A stretch of 52,417 nucleotides of DNA from Vezdaea acicularis (Eukaryota): assembly GCA_026025075.1 (NCBI GenBank), contig JAPEUI010000027.1:124001-176417 (forward strand). The letters are read 5' to 3'. Positions 46,057 through 52,417 of the stretch are shown piece by piece. Below the pieces are notes generated by a model, which was not told where the DNA came from, made no database searches, and saw only the letters and a list, made by a program, of their open reading frames with translations. Every line of letters begins with the position of its first letter. The first letter of the stretch is position 1. The translations under genes were made by a program, and so were the position numbers.

Positions 46057-49000
46057 CTAAAGCGAGTCCTCCCTCACCTCCACGACGCCCCTAACCGCCC
46101 TCTTCATGGCCTCCAGGCGCGCCCGCTCGCGAATCACCATTCCCCTGGCGAACTCCCGCAAGGCCGCCCGTCCGCGCTTCTCATGCCCATCCTGCCAGCC
46201 CGCCAGCTCGCCCGCGACGGTCTGCTGCGTATACCGGAGTTCCTTGCCCAGAGTCTGGAGCTGCTCTTCGGCCTTCTCGACTTTCTCGGCGGCGGCGACT
46301 TGGACTTTGGCGCGGGTGTCGTCGAGGAGGCCGAGGGGCCAGCGGTCCGAGCGGCGCAGCGAGGAGTGGTGTTTGCGGATGCTGGCTTGGGTGGTGGCGA
46401 TTGAGGAGATGAGGGCGGTGGGGCGGGCGAGCGAGGTGAGGAGGGCGGTCAGGGTGCTGGAGATGGAGAGGAAGGAGAAGTGGAGGTGGGCTAGGGGCGG
46501 GTGCTCGGTTGGGGCGAGGCAGAGCGAGAATCGTGTGAATGCGTTGAGGTGGGTGGTTGGGATGAAAGGGAAGGTGGAGAGGGCGTTAGAGGTTAGTCGT
46601 TGGGCGTCGAAGAGATCTATAGTCTAAGTGTTATTGATGTGAAAAGGCACCAGTTAAGGGGGGGGGGGGTTGGCATACCAGTCGAGATGTTCTTGATCTG
46701 GTTGATTCGACGCAGGACGCTTCTGGTACTATGGCTTACGCCTCGGACCATATCTTTGGCGTATCCTACGAAAGTCTCGACATCTCGCACATCTTCGATT
46801 GGCGAGTACTCATCTCTTAGCTTTTCCAGCCTTGTCTCTGCCTTCTTCTGGCTTCGTTCAGCCATCATTTCGGGTTGAATATCCGGAACGAGAAGGAACT
46901 CCCAGAGTAGCTCGTGTTTTGAGAATGTTGAGTGTGATAGCAGGACCTTCAAGAAGTTATCAAGGCGGATTTGAATGTCGCGTAGCACTGCCCGAGATGG
47001 TCGTGAAGGAATCTGGAAAGGCGTCCGGAAGCTATTGATCGCAGGGAGCCAGGAAGCTGGGTATTCGACTGAAAGCCACTTTGCAAGGTTCTCAAAGTCC
47101 GCAAGAGAGCGTCGGCAGGTCGTCACGGTATACATCGACACACCTGAAAGAACGGCAGATTTGAGCACGAGTCGTACAGTGGCGTCTTCAACGAAGTATG
47201 ATCGTACTACTGCCGTCACCCGGTTGTCCTCGTCCAGCGGATTGGCCAATAGAACGAGATCGTCGATGCGATTCCGAACTTCATCGTCTTTGGCAAGCTC
47301 AACGGCTGTGAAGCCTCTGAGTTCTTTCGCCCACATATCGACGCGTGGGTCATCGAAGAAGCATCGAACCATGTCAGTCCGGCCGTACTTGCTTGCCACC
47401 ATCAGCGGCGTGAAGCGTTTGTCGTTGGTAGCGTTCACGTCCGAATCGCAGTCGCGAAGTAAACGTTGTGCGAGGTGAGGATCGCTGACAACGTGCAAGA
47501 GAGTATTGCCTTTCCCGTCCACATGGTCATCCAGATGCAAAGGTTTTCCATCATTTTGAGCAGCGACTGCCGCCGCGACGCCTTTTTCGACCATTTCCAC
47601 ATAGTCTGGGTGATCGTACGATCGGCAGAGGGCAAACAGGGGTGTTTGTCCGTTGCGATCCTTGCATGTCCAGGAAATCATATGTCCGATCTTGGATATT
47701 AGATGGGGGGCGTTGAAGAGATAGTGGCCGATGGTCCTGCCGCGGTGGTCCGTACGAGCGAAGTAGCTGAGAATTGGCTGCTCGTCGTGCACATGAGAAG
47801 AAAGAAATTCAAGTATTATCTCGATCATTTCGGTATGGCCAAGCTGGATGGCTGCACTGAGCAGAGTGGTGCCCTCATTGTTGGCATCTTCCAGGACTGT
47901 CTCAAGGCTGAAGTATTCGTTGAGGTTGATGAGATAATTCAAAGCGTGCGGTTGTTGATTTTCAACCGCCATCATGAGGACTGAGTCACCAGAAGAGTCT
48001 TGCGTTTTCGAGAGTCTCTCAATCGAAGTGTCGCCTTCGATGCCACTACCTCTCGAATCCAGCGTATTAGTTCCAGATTGGAATGAATGAGCGGATGAGC
48101 TGGAAAGACTACGCATGTCCATGGCCACTTTCTTGCCCTTGCGTATTGGTATAAGGTCGATCTCTACATCGTTTTCTGAGAAGGAACTTTGCCTATTTTG
48201 GAAAGGAAAGACATGGTTCAACGTCGAAGCATCTGAGGTGCTGAGATATGCATGCTCCGAATCGTTGGCATATGTCTGACTGGTCGATGCATATGAGCGA
48301 GGACTAGATCGCCCATCAAGGGTTTCACTACCGTCAATAACTGCTTCTTCGTTATTTTCCATGCTCGATGGCTCATCGCTCAGCTCCTTAAGGTTCAGTA
48401 ATTGCTGCTCTGGCTCCAATATCTCTCGAATGGCCGATATATCGCCCTCTTTTGTCGCCTGCCAAAGATGTCTATTCCTCCGACTTGATCTGCGTAAGCC
48501 GCCGGCATCCTTGGCAAGATACGAGAGGACAGCTTCGAAGGTACTCAGCGCATATCCAAGTTCGCCTGATTCGACGTCATCAATGAAGATGAAATTTCTC
48601 ATGTAGCTAAGCCGTGCTTGTAAGTGGCGAACTTGGGAACGTATGACTACTACCAACAGGAGAGACACAAGAGTGTCTGCGTTGACTGTAAGCACTGAAT
48701 TAGGCTTCTCTGGCTCAACTCCATTTATACGAGGTGACTTTTCGTTCTCTCCCGGTGGCACGGCCATCGCAACAGTCTTTTCGGTGGCAAGGAGAATCTC
48801 GAGCATCTCTTGAGGACTACCAGCAACTCCAAGTTTTCGGAACTGCTCGACTCCCTTCTCGAGCCTGCGGATCACTTCCATCTTGCCCGCACGACCACCG
48901 GTGATGTGTATACCGACCTGCGAAACGTCTACGTATTCCATTTGTCGTATGCTCGATTCCAATTCGTGATCTTCTGCTCTTTTGATGGCACGAAGCCTGG

Positions 49001-50144
49001 GAAAGAGGATGGAGTCGTGAACCTGCTCGGTCACATATTGCTCGATGAGACGCTCCACCAATGAACCTGTCAGATCTGTTGTTGCGCCCAGATGAGATAG
49101 TTGCTGCTTATCCACCAATTGAAAAAGGTCGATCGCTGCGGTCACCGCGGTCTCTAAAGCTTTCCTCATCTCGTCCTCCTCATCTTCTGCGTAGTCGGCT
49201 ACTCTCATTGGCGAAATACTACGGCCATTTGAAAGCTCACTTGAGGAAGAGCTCATGTTCGATGGCACCTTTGCTGGCGTGTGCGTCTCTTCGGACGGTC
49301 CAGGATTTGGCGGATCGATTGGAGGATTGGGTAGAGGCTTCTCTACAGCTTGACTGAACTCTTTGAAAACTCGCTCGAGGCCTGGCTGCATTTGCCTAGC
49401 AATCATGGGAAAATTATTTAACAGGTCGCTGAAAGAGCTGATATCTTTCTTTCGAGGCGATATCGGCGAACCATTTGGCTCCCTGGTTCGTACAGCACGA
49501 CTTGGTGTATGCTGCGCAGGGCTGCCCGGATCTAAAGCCGTGGCGATCACAACTGGCTCGAAAGACCCTATGAGAGGTCGTGAAATGAAGTATATCAGCC
49601 ATTGCTGCCCGTCGAGACTATCAGGATACCACACGATGTCGTTTAGGAGCTGGGCTTGATTAAGCATCTTAAACCCTATTGTCCGTCAACCACCTGGGTC
49701 TCGAATAAAGAGCCTTGCCGCTATGTTTGACTGACCTTTATTACTATACACAAACCCTTCCTTGACCACCACAGTCCGCCCGTTCACCGTCGTAAATTGC
49801 TTTGCCTTGTTCCGGGTATCCCGCATATTTGCGCCATGCTTCTCGCTATCAGGCGCCTTTCCTCCCGGTAGTCGTAAGACATGGCTGCCAAGAAACTCTT
49901 CCGAACCCGCGAGATCTGAGTATAGGGTGTTGGAGTCCCTGTCCTTGGAGGACAGGAGGACCTCGGTAGTCGGTACAAGGAGAATCTATTTTCTGAATCA
50001 GCAAGGAAACGACCGGAAGTGTTGTGATCTCAGAACCTCTGAGATAGGGGTTTTGTATGTACATACATGATGTGATACTGGAGTGCACTGCGCGGGAAGA
50101 GTGCTCCTGAAGAACGCGCGCAAGAAAGGGTTTAAAGGGTGCAT
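46057..50144 (-). CDS. VRL1: VPS9 GEF + ankyrin repeats + PX domain protein (Vrl1/VARP-like), multi-exon
   Basis: Start MHPLNPFLRAFFRS at 50144, then ILLVPTTEVLLSS. VPS9 motif NADTLVSLLLVVVIRS...GELGYALSTFEAV. Ankyrin motifs GQTPLFALC and FTPLMVASKYGR. PX-like RRSLADFENL...HELLWEFL. Last exon RWPLGLLDD...YTQQTVAGELAGWQ to TAG at 46057. Confidence 0.85.
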
Positions 50145-51432
50145 TCATTCCACATCTGAGAGACCTCTGAACGATGTTGGTGTGACTGGAGGGTGAGAAT
50201 TGTGGAGCATTAAGAATCTCAGTCCAGAGCGACTCTAGTGATAAGGAATTTTTTCGAAAGCCAAGAAGAGCCCTGTGCTCGTGTGCCTATTGCGCAAAAG
50301 CGCGAGAGCTCTCAGACCCCAGATTGGCGCGGGCGGGTTTCTGAACAGGGTCCTAAGGTTAAAAGCTAGATCTAGACGTTGAAGGCTCTACACCAAAATA
50401 TGGCAGTTCTGGCTATTCGATGCTCTCTCTGAGTCAAGTCTCTTGCGTGCGATGTTGAATGAGCTTGTCTAAAAGCTATCTCCAATCGGCTTGTGAAAGT
50501 GAAAGTGTCCGGAAGCGGAAGCGAAGCCGCGAGCTTGGACAAGCATCGATCGGGCGCAAACATCAACGAACGCAAGGTTTGTCGAGGAGGGAAAATCGCT
50601 AGTAAAATGCACTTCATTTCTCGATATTTTCTACAATCTAATGCTATCTCTTGTAACAAAAAGGCGGCGAGGAAACTGGATTTCGAATTTTTCCGAACTA
50701 TTATGAGCCGTAACTTCGGACCGAACGTAACGTGCGATTCCCGAGCGAGCGCATGCGCCAGATTAACTGGCCATCTGAATAATATTGGCAGGGTCGTCGT
50801 AAATTGAAAACGAAATGGTAAAGTCATATGACCTCAACCTATCCGTTCCTATCAAACGCTATCGCAAAGCCCCAGCCTTATGATCGTAGAGACATCTCGC
50901 TGTATCTCTGGTTCCGAATCACGTTTCAGGGTCTCGGCAAATTCTTCAGCGAACGGGCAAGAGCAGGCCAAACAGACCTAAAAACTAAATATAGGTGTCC
51001 CACGCGGATCCATCCAGTGCCTGCTTGCGCCGTCCAATCGAGCCATGCGATCGCCGGCCCGTCACCTCGAAATGCCCGCCGTCAATGGCGCATGCTAAAT
51101 CTCTGTTTCCCCCGCGGCCGTCTTGCCCGCCACACACACATCCGATTGTGCTCACCTCGCCTTGGGTCCCACTATCGATATCGCCCAGGAGCTCTGACAC
51201 GAGTGGCGCGACACGTCAAGAGACCAGCAGCGTAAGCGGCTTCAGGCCGTGTTTCGTAGCTTGAGCCTTTCCACAGAGACGGGTTCTCGGTGCATAAACC
51301 GTCACCGTCCGGTGCTGTGTGTTTTAACACCCCAGTTCAGATCCGTGAACCGGGTCCTTTCAGATATTATCGAGCAGCGCCCTTTGTATCCTCGGAGCTT
51401 TCAGAGACGGTGACAGTCAACTTTGGACCGTG

Positions 51433-52417
51433 ATGGAGGTTGTGACTCGACCGGTGTTTGAACCTGACGGTGCTTCAGTCGAAGCAACGGCCGTCCAGGA
51501 CCAAGCTTCACCCATCAACAACTCGACCGCAATAGCACGCTTTGAGTTTGAAGCTGGACGCGGAAACGAGGGGTCCAAGGTGCTGATGGTAGAGTGGGAG
51601 GACGACGATACGACACGCGGGAAGAAAGGAGACTGGCACGTCTCGTGGGAAGGCAAGAAGAAGGCGGTCCTGACGGTGGGAGACGAGTCCGTCGAGGAGA
51701 CACATCGAGTCTATTTCTTCATCCCGCCACGGGTGCATGTTCCGCCAGCAATCACGCTGATATACCGCCCATCCAACGGCGGAGAGGAGATGCGCTGGGA
51801 AGTCAAGACGCTACCCGCGATCTTCCCACCCGAGCTAGGCGCCTCGGCGCGGACAGCAGGAAAGAAGGGCGTTCTCCACACCATCTGGGCCAAGCAGCGC
51901 CTGTCCGTGCTGCAGAAGGAGATCGAAGCGGAAAGTAAGAACGACTTTGACGGCATCGGCTTGGACCTGGTGTTGAAGGAGAAAGCGTGGATCGAGGCCA
52001 ACTTCGGCGTCGGCAACCGCCCCAGCATCGTCATCCCCTCCGGCATCAACCCCGCCAGCCCCAGCAGCCCAACCAGCCCCCGCAGCCCCGGCGGAAGCCG
52101 CCTCTCCGAGAAACTCAAGGGACTGCGCCTAGGCACGAGCGACCAGGCGTTGACCCCGCGCCCCGGCAACCTCAGGCAAGCCTAGCTCTCCACCTCCTCC
52201 ATATATCATACAACTAACCCCTCCCCAGTGCCCGCCCCTACAACCCCCTCTCCCCGCAAACCAGCGACGTGGCCGTCTCCTCCTTCGCCGCCATCAATGG
52301 CGGCCGCCCCACCGGCGGCGTCGTCCCCACCCAACGCCCCTTCGCCGCCGCGCAACCCCCCGCCTCCCTCCTCGCCCAACAAGCCGCCCAATCCTCCCGC
52401 ACCGGCTCGTCCTCTAT
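51433..52417 (+). CDS. Conserved-type fungal hypothetical protein, runs off the 3' edge; contains a GC-AG intron
   Basis: MEVVTRP...AIARFEFEAGRGNEGSKVLMVEWED...WHVSWEGK...LPAIFPPELG...GKKGVLHTIWAK. Intron 52176-52228 bypasses the TAG at 52183-52185 and continues as ...NPLSPQTSDVAVSSFAA. Confidence 0.75.

Noticed and set aside
1..52417. tRNA, rRNA, CRISPR or Starship captain genes
   Set aside because: No cloverleaf or T-loop context, rRNA motifs, repeat-spacer arrays or tyrosine-recombinase ORF were recognised by eye; tRNAscan-SE and Infernal would be needed to exclude small RNAs.

Overview
Gene-dense window of a filamentous ascomycete (Pezizomycotina) nuclear chromosome, with short GT-AG introns carrying CTAAC/CTGAC branch sites. 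About 21 host protein genes were reconstructed by hand: a partial Zn2Cys6 TF, a KP4-like secreted protein, CWF19, GPN1, WHI2, a thioesterase, MAK21, mitochondrial ProRS, prefoldin-5, SFH1, RPL9, a CtvD/AtmA-like membrane protein, a LIM protein, an MFS transporter, uS11m, TIM44, a VRL1-like VPS9-ANK-PX protein and several hypotheticals. There is also one decayed aldo-keto reductase pseudogene and one intact 1,250-bp DNA transposon. The most unusual observations are five. (1) The transposon encodes a Tc1-like DD37E transposase but has CAC...GTG ends and an apparent 4-bp ACAG target duplication instead of the canonical TA. (2) WHI2 has a 145-codon protein-like N-terminal extension with no in-frame AUG, starting at UUG in a CACC-UUG-UC context. 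(3) A spliced KP4 killer-toxin-like gene with a Ser/Thr tail is split by the ORF track. (4) MAK21 appears N-terminally truncated. (5) Several genes show a C-rich to G-rich switch near their 3' ends. All homology calls come from motif recognition, not database searches. No tRNA, rRNA or CRISPR features were recognised.
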